Source: Eledone cirrhosa
Taxonomy: Eukaryota
Assembly: GCA_964016885.1 (NCBI GenBank)
Contig: OZ024740.1
Location: 430,342,001 to 430,406,000, forward strand
Reading direction: 5' to 3'
Length of the DNA: 64,000 bases
Shown: positions 1 through 11,900 of the stretch, one piece after another
Numbering within the stretch: position 1 is the stretch's first letter
How the letters are laid out: every line of letters starts with the position of its first letter
The notes under the pieces: model-generated
Databases searched by the model: none
What the model saw: the letters and a program-made list of their open reading frames with translations, nothing else
Told to the model about the DNA's origin: nothing
Translations under genes and position numbers: made by a program

Positions 1-94
1 AGTTGTTAAGGTGTTAAGGTCATAGATTCAATTCTTGGACTAGGCAAAACACTGTGTCCTTGAGCAAGGCACTTACTTTCACATTGCTAGGTAC

Positions 95-455
95 AGAGCG
101 ATGGCTTATCTTCAACACTGTATAGTCTTCTGTTATTTACCTATAATGGACCCCATTGGTCATGAATGACCATGGTTTTGCTCCTAGAAAGTTTGCTTCC
201 GAGGCACAAGTCTGGGCTAGGTTGTTTGTGAAAGACCATCAGTCACCCATACATACCAGTCTCCCATCTCCATGCCACCGATGTTGTCCAAAGGAAAGGC
301 AATGGCTGATACAGCCTGGCTCCAGTGACATTGCAACTCATTTCTGCAGCTGAGTAAACTGGAGCAACGTGAAATAAAGTGTCTTGCTCAAGAACACAAC
401 ACATCACCCGGTCCGAGAATTGAACTCACAACCTCACAATTGCCAGTCCAATGTT
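95..455 (-). mobile_element. tRNA-derived SINE, inverted relative to a SINE head fragment at 1-90
   Basis: Shares ctgagtaaactggagcaacgtgaaataaagtgtcttgctcaag...gaattgaactcacaacc with the SINEs at 30.3 kb and 59.4 kb; boundaries approximate. Confidence 0.6.
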
Positions 456-727
456 CTCTCCCTATAGTATAGTATGATCTATCTTCTTATAGAGATCATA
501 GTTTACAATGACAGTCTCCTAACCTTTACCTATAGTATGGTACACTCACACTTCCCCAGCATACCCACAATCCAATGACAAACCAGTAAAAGGAAATAGG
601 AAGTATGTAAAAGCTGTTACTCCACATCCATCTAAACTCCAACAAGATGTCAATGACAGATTATTTCAAAGGATACAGATTAATTTCTTAAATTAGTGAA
701 AGAAATTAAGAATCTATCAATCAAGCA

Positions 728-1038
728 GTGAGTTGAACTGTCTTTAGCTCTGTGTGTGAGTTAAACTGTCTTTAGCTCTGTGTGTGAGTTAAACTGTCTT
801 TATCTGTGTATGTGAGTTAAACTGTCTTTAACTGTCTGTGAGTTAAACTGTCTTTAGCTCTGTATGTGAGTTAAACTGTCTTTAGCTCTGTATGTGAGTT
901 AAACTGTCTTTAGCTCTGTATGTGAGTTAATCTGTCTTTAGCTCTATGTGTGAGTTAAACTATTTTTAGCTCTGTATGAGAGTTAAACTATCTTTAAACT
1001 GTCTTTATCTTTGTGTGTGAATTAAACTGTCTTTAGCT
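728..1038. repeat. 28-bp minisatellite, about 11 copies
   Basis: Unit GTGAGTTAAACTGTCTTTAGCTCTGTAT. Confidence 0.92.
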
Positions 1039-1810
1039 TCTTATGCATGGCCTCGAAACTCCTGAGGAAGTCATAGGGGTGCCATATTGATATATGGCGT
1101 TTTTAGGGCATAATTAAACCTGGTAGAGCCCATCTCATCACCAGGCTGAGTACAGTAGATTTCTTCCAGGGAAAGATAGAAAGTGGGAGAGAATGGAGGT
1201 GAGAAAGAGATATAGAGGAAGAATTGACATCGGTACAAGACTGGTACTTTTTCTAGTGACCTTGAATGGATTAAAAGCAAAGTTGACCTCAGGACTTTTC
1301 TTACTAAATATTTGGAAGTTTATTCAATGAATGAATTCAATATTTTTTTAATACCCTCTAAACATATTACCTAAATAATTTACTAACAAGTAAAAATGAT
1401 AAACTTGTGTGAAATGACACTAAATAGCAGCAGGTTTTATGAACGTCAAATTTGAAGTGTTTTTGTTTAGTTTTGTTATAGCAAGCTACAACAAGTATAT
1501 TATAAGATAGGGGGCTGGGGATACATTCCATAATTGCTTAGCAACTATAAAGAACAGATTAGAATTATTAATAGTGATCTCTTGCTGTGATAGTTGTTAA
1601 AATTAAATATAGTAAACAGGCTTTACTAGAAAATATATAGCTGAGATCAGGACCTGATCATTTATAACTGGACACTCTATGTAGATCTTACATAACTTTA
1701 GAATTTGTATAGAAGATTTATATGTCTGTGTTGGAGATTAATTGTTGAGTAGGGATAGCTTCCTGGCTAATCACCTCTATAAACTGGGATTTGTTATTAC
1801 TGCTTAAATA

Positions 1811-2172
1811 AGGGCGGTGTGTTGGCAGTATCGGTAGAGGGTCAGACACCATGCTTTGACGCATAGAGTTACGGCCCTTGCCATTCTGAGTTCAAATCCC
1901 GCCGAGGTTAACTTTGCCTTTCATCCTTACGGGGTCGATAAAATAAAGTACCAGTAATGCACTGAGTAATTGCTGGCCTTGTGCCAAAAGTAGAAACAAT
2001 TATTACTGCTTAAATAGGTGGTGGATTGGCAGTATCGGTAGAGCATCGGATAACATGCTTAGCAGCATAGAGTTACGTCCCTTTACATTCTGAGTTCGAA
2101 TCCTGGTGAGGTTAGTTTTGCCTTTCATCATTACAGAGTGATAAAATAAAGTACCAGTAATGTACTGGGGTT
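1811..2172 (+). mobile_element. Two tandem tRNA-derived SINEs (MetaSINE-like)
   Basis: A-box-like ttggcagtatcggta, B-box GAGTTCAAATCC, central GCCTTTCATCCTTACGGGGTCGATAAAATAAAGTACCAG domain, (ATT) tail; same family recurs throughout the window. Confidence 0.8.
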
Positions 2173-3066
2173 GATTTAAATTAATTTCTATGTAATGAAT
2201 GACATCATATACCAGAGTTGACTCAAGTTAAAAGTTCAGATTTTAGCTTCTCACCTCAACCTGTAATTCACCTCATGCAGATACAGTGTCATCATCATCA
2301 TTGTCATTATCATTTTAACATCTGGTTTCCCTGCTAGCAAGGGTTGGACAGGTCCATATAGACCAAGTCAGTACTGAAGCAGAACCACTGATCTCCCAGG
2401 CAGGCCAGGGACCTATGTACTTATGTAGTGTCTCACATTCCATTAAGTGCTCAGGAGAGGTTGTCATGCATTTGACACAACTGAGGGTCCTCCCAACCCT
2501 TTGTTTGGCAAGATTTCTATGACTGGATGCCCTTCCTATCACCAACCACTTTACACTGTGTACCAGTTTATTCATAAATAACTGTAACCCATAGATAAAG
2601 AAGCAATGGTTACTAAACTATTTATTTAACAGTTTGGAATGGGGTCCACGTGGTTGTGGCTGTGTGGTATTACAATATTTAAACTTAGTGACACATTTAC
2701 TCACAAGACTATGGCCAACTCAAAGATATGATTCTGTACAGTTGAGACAAACCTGAAACCATATAGGGTAAAGTGAGTCTCTAAGCTTAGAAGCCATGGC
2801 TTATGGTTTCAAAACCTACTAGAGCCTCAGAAAATGTTTCAATTTTTATGTTACCTTCTGGTGTAATTTTTTTAACAAGAGGCCTCTATGTTATAAGATG
2901 ATAGACTTGATTTGGAGCCTGGTTTAACAGTTGGTGTTACCTGTAAAATCTATTCAGATTTTACAGGTAAATTATCCCTTTAGCATTTAAATCGGCCATA
3001 TCCAGCCAAAATTCTCTCACCTATTTCTGCTGGAGTAACCAGCCACTCATACTGATGTTAAGGTAA

Positions 3067-3232
3067 AGGTCGGATGCTATGCTTTGCAGCATAGAGTTAC
3101 GCCCCTTTACAATCTGAGTTCAAATCCCGCCAAGGTCAACTTTGCCTTTCATCCTTATGGGGTCGATAAAATAAAGTACCAGTAATGCACTGGGTAATTT
3201 CTGGCCTTGTGCCAAAAGTAGAAACAATTATT
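3067..3232 (+). mobile_element. MetaSINE-like SINE, 5' truncated
   Basis: Near-identical to 1845-2003. Confidence 0.8.
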
Positions 3233-3420
3233 CTCAAAATAAATAATTTCAAAATCTTCAAAAAATTATGTAATGTAAAGTCTTTACCTTGAAAATACAA
3301 TAGATATATAGAGTAATGCAAATGTTAAAGGGTTATTACTAAATTATTATGTTGCTATTTTGTGGAATTTCCTAAGTCTTTACTTACTTCTCTTCTTTTA
3401 TTTTTATGTTAAAAAAACAG

Positions 3421-3552
3421 GCTGTGAAAGATGCTAAACTTGTTAGTGGGTTCTCCATGAAAATTGAAGTAGAATGCAGAAATCTTGAGGACGCTATAGA
3501 AGCAGCTAATGCCGGTTGTGATGTTGTTCTCTTTGAAAACCAAACAGCAGAG
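3421..3552 (+). CDS. QPRT: QPRT-like (quinolinate phosphoribosyltransferase) penultimate coding exon; upstream exons not identified in window
   Basis: aaacAG|GCT...GAG|GTttgt, 132 bp, phase 0; [44 protein letters not shown] aligns by eye with the QPRT 'KVEVEC..EA..A..AG.D.VLLDN' segment. Confidence 0.88.
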
Positions 3553-4062
3553 GTTTGTATAATGTTCAACTATTTTATATACCATAGGCTTCATTCCTTT
3601 CTTCTTTGAGTCCTCAATTCTTGATAGAGTCATAGGGGCAGAGATATGACATCTTGAACCTGTTAAAGTCCATCTCTCTTCAGGACTGACCACAACCAAT
3701 TTCTTCCAAAGAAAAGGCCAGAGAGAAGGTAGAGTTGTCTTCAACAGGGTTTCAACTCTAGAATGTAGGGAGCTCAAGTGAATATTACAAGAAACTGTAA
3801 AGCATCAAATATAAAAGTCTCTAGTGATTTTCATAACATAAAGGGTTATAGAAACTCTGCCAGGCCTTGCAGAGGATTTAGCTGTTATTTCTAGCAAGTC
3901 CATCAACTGCATAGAAGCTCCTCCTTCACACACCTGTCACAGTGTCTGTGGGAAGGTAGCCCTTCCTTGGTACACCTGTCACAGTGTCTGCAGGAAGGTA
4001 ACCCCGCCCCTCCTTGGTACACCTGTCACATCGATTGAACCCGGGATAAACTTATATATATA

Positions 4063-7000
4063 TCATCATCATCATCATCACCATTTTACGTCCGTTCTTC
4101 CACGCTAGCATGGGTTAGACGGGTTGTCCTGTTGTGGGCAGTGTCTGGTCGGCTGACCATGCCTTGCTCATACAGGAACTGATCTGGCTTGATTTCTACA
4201 GCTGGATGCCCTTCCTAACACCAACCTCATTTACAGTGAGTGCTGGGTGCTTTTTCCGTGGCGCCTACACGTCCACTTTACAGTGTGGGCTGGGTGCTTT
4301 TCCGTGGCGCCTACACGTCCACTTTACAGTGTGGGCTGGGTGCTTTTCCGTGGCGCCTACACGTCCACTTTACAGTGTGGGCTGGGTGCTTTTTTGCCGT
4401 GGCACCTCCACGACCACCTTGCAGTGGGAGGGTGTGGGGGCATATTGTCTATATGCTTCAGCGTGTACCCATGGGAGGTCGGGTACTCTGTATTACTGTG
4501 TGACGCCCGAGGTCACGGTCGTGTGTCATCGCCTTTGAGAGGTGTAATTGGGTACGGTCAGCTTTTATCACCTCATCCCAGGTCTTCTTGGGTCTCCCCA
4601 CTCCGCGGTTTCCATTGACTTCTAGTGCTCTGCACCTTTTTATGCAGCTGTCATCCTTCATACGCATCACATGTCCATACCAACACAACCACCTCTCCTG
4701 CACACAGCATTTGATTCCCCTTATGCTCAGTCTCTCTCTCAATTCATTAATGCTTTGTCGTTCGCGTATATTACTATTACACATCCATTGGAGCATGCAG
4801 GCTTCGTTTCTTTCTAATCTACGTAAGTCTTCCACCTTCAGTGCCCCGGTCTCACTACCATGTAACATTGCTGTTCGGATACACGCATCATACAGTCTGC
4901 CTTTCATTTTGAGGGAGAAGCCTTTTGCAGCTAGCAGTGGCAGTAGTTCCCTGAACTTCTTCCATCCCGTTCTTACCCTAGTTATTGTACTTTCTGAACA
5001 CCCACCTCCACTGCTAATTCGGTCACCTAGGTAGCAGAAGCTGTCTACTGTTTCTACAGAGCCCTCCCAGAGATTGATGGTACTTGTTTCCTATGGCTGT
5101 TTGCTGCTTGCTGTCCCAGCACAGCTGCTGCATGTGAAGCCTACATTCTTAATTAAGCTTCCTGAGATCCCGCTACATCTCTTGTGTACCCATTGTTTGC
5201 ATTTGGGGCAGAGAATGGAGTTCCTACCTACACCTTTCCTACATACTGAGCAAGGCCATTTCCCTGAGGGGATCTGGGTTCTGTTTTCTCGTCTACTTAC
5301 AAGGACCTTAGTCTTTGTCATGTTGACTTTGAGACCCTTTCTTTCTAGTCCCTGCTTCCAGGTTTGGAATTTATTCTCTAGTTCTACCATAGATTCAGCT
5401 ATAAGTGCGAGGTCATCAGCATACAGGAGTTCCCATGGGCATCCGGTCTTAAACTCCTCTGTTATTGCCTGCAGGACTATGATGAACAGGAGAGGGCTAA
5501 GAACAGAGCCCTGGTGGACACCAACCTGTACGCTAAATTCCTCGCTATACTCATTGCTAATCCTAACTTTGCTGATTGCTCCCCTGTACATGGCTTGAAC
5601 AGCTTTCACAAGCCATTCATCTACTCCTAGTTTTCTAAGAGCCCACCAGATTACAGCACGTGGAACTCTGTCAAAGGCTTTCTCGAGATCGACGAATGCC
5701 AGGTAGAGTGGCTTACTTTTAGCTAGGTACTTTTCCTGTAACTGCCTCACAAGGAAGAGGGCATCAGTGGTGCCTCTTCCTGGTACAAACCCAAATTGCA
5801 TCTCATCTAGTTTCACCCAGTCCCTAATCAACTGTGCTATAACTATTTCTGTTACTTTCATGACCTGGTCCATCAGCTTTATACCTCTATAGTTTCCTCT
5901 ATCTAGTGCATCACCTTTACCTTTGTAGCAGTTGACAATGATGCTACTGCACCAATCTTTTGGTATGGCACCTTCTAGTATTACCTGGTTAACGATACGT
6001 ATGGTTATAGTGTGACCTACAGACCCAGATCCCTTCAGCATCTCGGCAGCTATACCCGATGGACGGTTGCCTTCCCCATCTTCATATCTTTGATTGCCTT
6101 ACTTACTACGCTGCTGCTGACTTGTACTGCTGGCCCCTCTATAGGGTCTACTTGGGGTAGGGTGTCTTCTCCCCATGCATTCTCCTCATTAAGTAATCTA
6201 TCATAATGGCTCTTCCATGCATCTTTCTTCTCAGCACTTGTGAGGGCAAGCTCACCTTTATCCTTCCAGATACACTTCTCTCCAATGACATCACAATTCT
6301 CTCTGACACACTGCCTTGCAATCTTGAACACCTCCTGTTTCTGGTCCTCACGTTGCAAAACATGCTTGAATTTTCTATCCTCTGCTTCCCTCCTAGCTAA
6401 GTATACTTGTCGCCTAGCTTCCCTCTTGGTCTCTATGTAATGTACCCTGCTCCCCCCGTTCTTCCATTCTTTCCATGCCTGTCTCTTGGCCTTAACTGCC
6501 TCATCTACCTTATTGTTCCACCACCAAGTCACTCTCCTCCTGCTTGTGGTCTTACTCCAGCCACAGATCTCATCCGTCGCCTCTAGTAAGTTATTTTTTA
6601 GTAACTCCCAGTGCTCTTCTACATTGAATGTCTCTAACTGTTCTTCTTTACTGTCATAGGCGTCGAGTAAAATATCTTTAAATCTGTTACTGGCTGAGGG
6701 GATCTTTCTTCTCTAGGTTGGCCTCTGTTTCCAGGTTCATCTAGTTCTGATCGTGAGGTTGCTGACAACTAAGTTATGTTGGGAGGTACATTCCTCACTA
6801 GGGTAGGCTTTTGTGTTTACGACCGTCCATCTGTCACGTCCTCTGATGAGGATAAAATCTATCTGACTAGAGTGCTCTCCTGATCTATAGGTGATCAGGT
6901 GGTTGTCGGGTTTTTTGAAGTTTGTGTTACATATCGACATGTCATTGGCGTTGCAGAATTCTAGAAGTCTGAATCCTTCTTCATTTCTTGTGCCAACCCC

Positions 7001-7307
7001 GTGGCCTCCATGGCTCTATTGAAGCCATCACAGTGTTTACCTACATGTCCGTTAAAATCTCCTGCGATGATTAGGAAGTCATTGTCGTTTGTTAGAGCAG
7101 TAGTGTGCATTAGGGACTCGTAAAACCTATCCTTAAGTTCGTCTGGCAACCCCGATTGGGGTGCATAAGCTGATATTATTGTGGTAATTGTTTTATTCAG
7201 GACTAGTCTGAGTTTAATGATTCTTGCATTTACCCTGTACACTGAGATTACTTTATCTACCCACTTGTCAGCTAGTAGTATACCTACACCACCCATCCCA
7301 TTGTTTA
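4063..7307 (-). mobile_element. RTE-clade LINE, 5' truncated and frameshifted, in last QPRT intron
   Basis: ORF fragments: AP endonuclease (GGVGILL, ISAYAPQ, AGDFNGHVG, SQIDFIL), RT (QFGF, FVDLEKAFD, GVHQGSVLSP, LLYADD), PHD-like CxxC insert, 3' UTR and (TGA)n tail at 4063-4080. Confidence 0.95.
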
Positions 7308-7479
7308 TTGTTAGTTCTTATCCAGAAACTGTGTAATATGACAGTTGTAGCTTGAAGCTGTCTGTCTCCCCAGATTGATATTTAGAGCGAGTTGGTGGCT
7401 GGGTTTATAGAGTCAGGAAATATAGAAGTCTGGGGTAGGAATTATGGAGGATGTCTTGGATCTAGTATTGACTGTTTCT

Positions 7480-7800
7480 GGTTTGGTTTCTGCAGCTGCA
7501 TGCCCTTTCTAATGCCAACCACACTTACAGTGTAGACTGGCTTCTTTTTGTTGTGGCACCTACATCACATGGGGTGAGGGATATACATGGGGATTGGAGA
7601 GGTGGGGCACTTATCTGGTGAAGGGTGGGGGGTGTAGGGACGTAGGGGTGGCTGGTCTGTTAGGACACAGTGAGGGGATCGTAGTGCATACAAGATGTAT
7701 GCTGTCATCCTTCATACACATCACATGTCCATACCAATTCAATCTTCTCTCCTGTACGCAATATCTGACCCCTTCATACCCAATTCCTCTCTCAATTCAT
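7480..7800 (-). mobile_element. Old RTE 3' fragment
   Basis: Diverged match to 4190-4260 and 4640-4745. Confidence 0.6.
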
Positions 7801-7911
7801 TTATATTTTGATACTTTTAATTACTTACTCTTTTACCTGTTCCAGCCATCCGACTGAGGCCATGCTGAGGCACTGCTCTTAATTTATGTTTTGTTTGTTT
7901 GTTTTTTCCAG

Positions 7912-8127
7912 GCTGCTAAAAAGTATTCTGAGAGTTTAAAACATCATTTTCCTGATATAATGATTGAAGTTAGTGGAGAGATTCCAGAAGAATTGTTGGT
8001 GGATTATTGCAGTGATTATATCGATGTCATTTCTTTAAATCAACTAACAATGGGATATTCACCAGTAAACTTTACCATGAAGATGACTAAATCAACAAAA
8101 CTATCTATCAAACAAAATTTTCTTTAA
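7912..8127 (+). CDS. QPRT: QPRT-like terminal coding exon
   Basis: Polypyrimidine tract and ttccAG| acceptor, phase 0 matching the previous exon; LKHHFPDIMIEVSGEI...YCSDYIDVISLNQLTMGYSPVNFTMK resembles the QPRT C-terminus (LK..FP.V.VEASGGI...IDVISMG.LT..DFSLK); TAA at 8125-8127; AATAAA at 8381. Confidence 0.88.
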   Translation, partial: AAKKYSESLKHHFPDIMIEVSGEIPEELLVDYCSDYIDVISLNQLTMGYSPVNFTMKMTKSTKLSIKQNFL

Positions 8128-8322
8128 GTGTGGCTTTGAGTGTGGCCTTGAGTGTAGTTTGGGGTGTTGTTTTGAATGTGGCTCTGAGTGTAGTTTTGAG
8201 TGGGGTTCGAGTAGGGATTTGTGTGTGGTTTTGAAAGTTGTTTTGAGAGTGACTTTGAGTGTAGTTTTGAGTGTGACTGAGTGTGATTTCGAGTGTGGCT
8301 TTGAGTGTAGTTTTTGAGTGTG
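8128..8322. repeat. 12-bp imperfect tandem repeat at the start of the QPRT 3' UTR
   Basis: Units like GTGTGGCTTTGA / GTGTAGTTTTGA start right after the stop codon. Confidence 0.75.
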
Positions 8323-8413
8323 TCAGAAATGAAACACCAAAAGCCAAGTTGTAGAAGATGAGTTAACAAGAAAGAAACATAATAAAACATTTTCATTATT
8401 TATTAGAGAAGGT

Positions 8414-8535
8414 TTGAGTTCAAATCCTGCAAGGTTAACTTTGCCTTTCATCCTTACGGGGTCGATAAAATAAAGTACCAGTAATGCACTGGGATAATTG
8501 CTGGCCTTGTGCCAAAAGTAGAAACAATTATTTAT
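8414..8535 (+). mobile_element. MetaSINE-like fragment
   Basis: B-box plus central domain as at 1890-2003. Confidence 0.75.
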
Positions 8536-8921
8536 TAGTGAAGCAAATTCTAAAGAAACTGCATTAAACGCTGAAGGTACCATGATATCACTTTAAAAGA
8601 AAGATTGTAAATAGATTTTTAAAATATTAGTTTAACATCTTATATCTAAAACACAATTATATGACTTTTTTATTTTTCATTTTTTTCAGTATCCTATGGG
8701 ACCATAGTAATTCTGGTTTGAATATATATATGTATGTGTGAGTGTGTGCGTATATTGGCAGAATCGGTTGAGCGAGGAACAAAATGCTTTGTGGCATAGA
8801 ATTATGACCCTTTATGCTATGGGTTAAAATCCAACTGAGATTAGCTTTGCTTTTCATCCATACGGGGTCAATATAATAAAGTACTAGTAATGAAAGTTGA
8901 TTTAATCAAGTTTCCCCTTTC

Positions 8922-11900
8922 CTGTATGTCACTATGACACCTCTAAGACTACACCAGGAGTTAGAGGTCAATAGACAGACTGTATGTCACTAGGACACCT
9001 CTAAGACTACACCAGGAGTTAGAGGTCAATAGACAGACTGTATGTCACTATGACACCTCTAAGACTACACCAGGAGTTAGAGGTCAATAGACAGACTGTA
9101 TGTCACTAGGACACCTCTAAGACTACACCAGGAGTTAGAGGTCAATAGACAGATATGACAACTGTAAGACTACACCAGGAGTTAGAGGTCAATAGACAGA
9201 TTGTATGTCACTAGGACACCTCTAAGACTACACCAGGAGTTAGAGGTCAATAGACAGATTGTATGTCACTATGACACTTCTAAGACTACACCAGGAGTTA
9301 GAGGTCAATAGACAAACTGTATGTCACTAGGACACCTCTAAGACTACACCAGGAGTTAGAGGTCAATAGACAGACTGTATGTCACTATGACACCTCTAAG
9401 ACTATACCGGGAGTTAGAGGTCAATAGACAGACTGTATGTCACTATGACACCTCTAAGACTACACTGGGAGTTAGAGGTCAATAGACAGACTGTATGTCA
9501 CTATGACACCTCTAAGACTATACCAGGAGTTAGAGGTCAATAGACAGACTGTATGTCACTATGACACCTCTAAGACTATACCGGGAGTTAGAGGTCAATA
9601 GACAGACTGTATGTCACTATGACACCTCTAAGACTACACTGGGAGTTAGAGGTCAATAGACAGACTGTATGTCACTATGACACCTCTAAGACTACATCAG
9701 GAGTTAGAGGTCAATAGACTGACTGTATGTCACTAGGACACCTCTAAGACTACACCAGGAGTTAGAGGTCAATAGACAGACTGTATGTCACTATGACACC
9801 TCTAAGACTACACTGGGAGTTAGAGGTCAATAGACAGATTGTATGTCACTAGGACACCTCTAAGACTACACCGGGAGTTAGAGGTCAATAGACAGACTGT
9901 ATGTCACTATGACACCTCTAAGACTACATCAGGAGTTAGAGGTCAATAGACAGACTGTATGTCACTAGGACACCTCTAAGACTACATCAGGAGTTAGAGG
10001 TCAATAGACAGACTGTATGTCACTATGACACCTCTAAGACTACATCAGGAGTTAGAGGTCAATAGACTGACTGTATGTCACTAGGACACCTCTAAGACTA
10101 CATCAGGAGTTAGAGGTCAATAGACTGACTGCATGTCACTATGACACCTCTAAGACTACACCAGGAGTTAGAGGTCAATAGACAGATTGTATGTCACTAG
10201 GACACCTCTAAGACTACACCGGGAGTTAGAGGTCAATAGACAGACTGTATGTCACTATGACACCTCTAAGACTATACCAGGAGTTAGAGGTCAATAGACA
10301 GACTGTATGTCACTATGACACCTCTAAGACTACACCAGGAGTTAGAGGTCAATAGACAGACTGTATGTCACTATGACACCTCTAAGACTACACCAGGAGT
10401 TAGAGGTCAATAGACAGACTGTATGTCACTATGACACCTCTAAGACTACACCAGGAGTTAGAGGTCAATAGACAGACTGTATGTCACTATGACACCTCTA
10501 AGACTATACCAGGAGTTAGAGGTCAATAGACAGATTGTATGTCACTATGACACCTCTAAGACTACACCAGGAGTTAGAGGTCAATAGACAGATTGTATGT
10601 CACTATGACACCTCTAAGACTACACCAGGAGTTAGAGGTCAATAGACAGATTGTATGTCACTATGACACCTCTAAGACTATACCAGGAGTTAGAGGTCAA
10701 TAGACAGATTCTATGTCACTATGACACCTCTAAGACTACACCAGGAGTTAGAGGTCAATAGACAGATTCTATGTCACTATGACACCTCTAAGACTACATC
10801 AGGAGTTAGAGGTCAATAGACAGACTGTATGTCACTATGACACCTCTAAGACTACATCAGGAGTTAGAGGTCAATAGACAGATTCTATGTCACTATGACA
10901 CCTCTAAGACTACATCAGGAGTTAGAGGTCAATAGACAGACTGTATGTCACTATGACACCTCTAAGACTACACCAGGAGTTAGAGGTCAATAGACAGATT
11001 GTATGTCACTATGACACCTCTAAGACTACACCAGGAGTTAGAGGTCAATAGACAGACTGTATGTCACTATGACACCTCTAAGACTACACCAGAAGTTAGA
11101 GGTCAATAGACAGATTGTATGTCACTATGACACCTCTAAGACTACACCAGGAGTTAGAGGTCAATAGACAGATTGTATGTCACTATGACACCTCTAAGAC
11201 TACACCAGAAGTTAGAGGTCAATAGACAGATTGTATGTCACTATGACACCTCTAAGACTACACCAGGAGTTAGAGGTCAATAGACAGATTGTATGTCACT
11301 ATGACACCTCTAAGACTACACCAGGAGTTAGAGGTCAATAGACAGACTGTATGTCACTATGACACCTCTAAGACTATACCGGGAGTTAGAGGTCAATAGA
11401 CAGATTGTATGTCACTATGACACCTCTAAGACTATACCAGGAGTTAGAGGTCAATAGACAGATTCTATGTCACTATGACACCTCTAAGACTACATCAGGA
11501 GTTAGAGGTCAATAGACAAACTATGTCACTATGACACCCCTAAGACTACATCAGGAGTTAGAGGTCAATAGACAGGTTGTATGTCACTATGACACATCTA
11601 AGACTACACCAGAAGTTAGAGGTCAATAGACAGATATGACAACTGTAAGACTACACCAGGAGTTAGAGGTCAATAGACAGATTGTATGTCACTATGACAC
11701 ATCTAAGACTACACCAGAAGTTAGAGGTCAATAGACAGATTGTATGTCACTATGACACCTCTAAGACTACACCAGGAGTTAGAGGTCAATAGACAGACTG
11801 TATGTCACTATGACACCTCTAAGACTACACTGGGAGTTAGAGGTCAATAGACAGACTGTATGTCACTATGACACCTCTAAGACTACACCAGGAGTTAGAG

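Noticed and set aside
1811-1905. tRNA genes (A/B boxes here and in similar copies)
   Set aside because: No cloverleaf; the boxes continue into SINE body and tail, so these are SINE heads.
4134-6440. Plus-strand ORFs overlapping the RTE (likewise at 26.8-28.6 kb, the antisense ORFs in Gypsy and those in Tx1)
   Set aside because: Shadow frames of retroelement coding sequence with no recognisable domains.
8108-8396. Thr/Gln/His-rich minus-strand ORFs
   Set aside because: Products of the 12-bp repeat in the QPRT 3' UTR.
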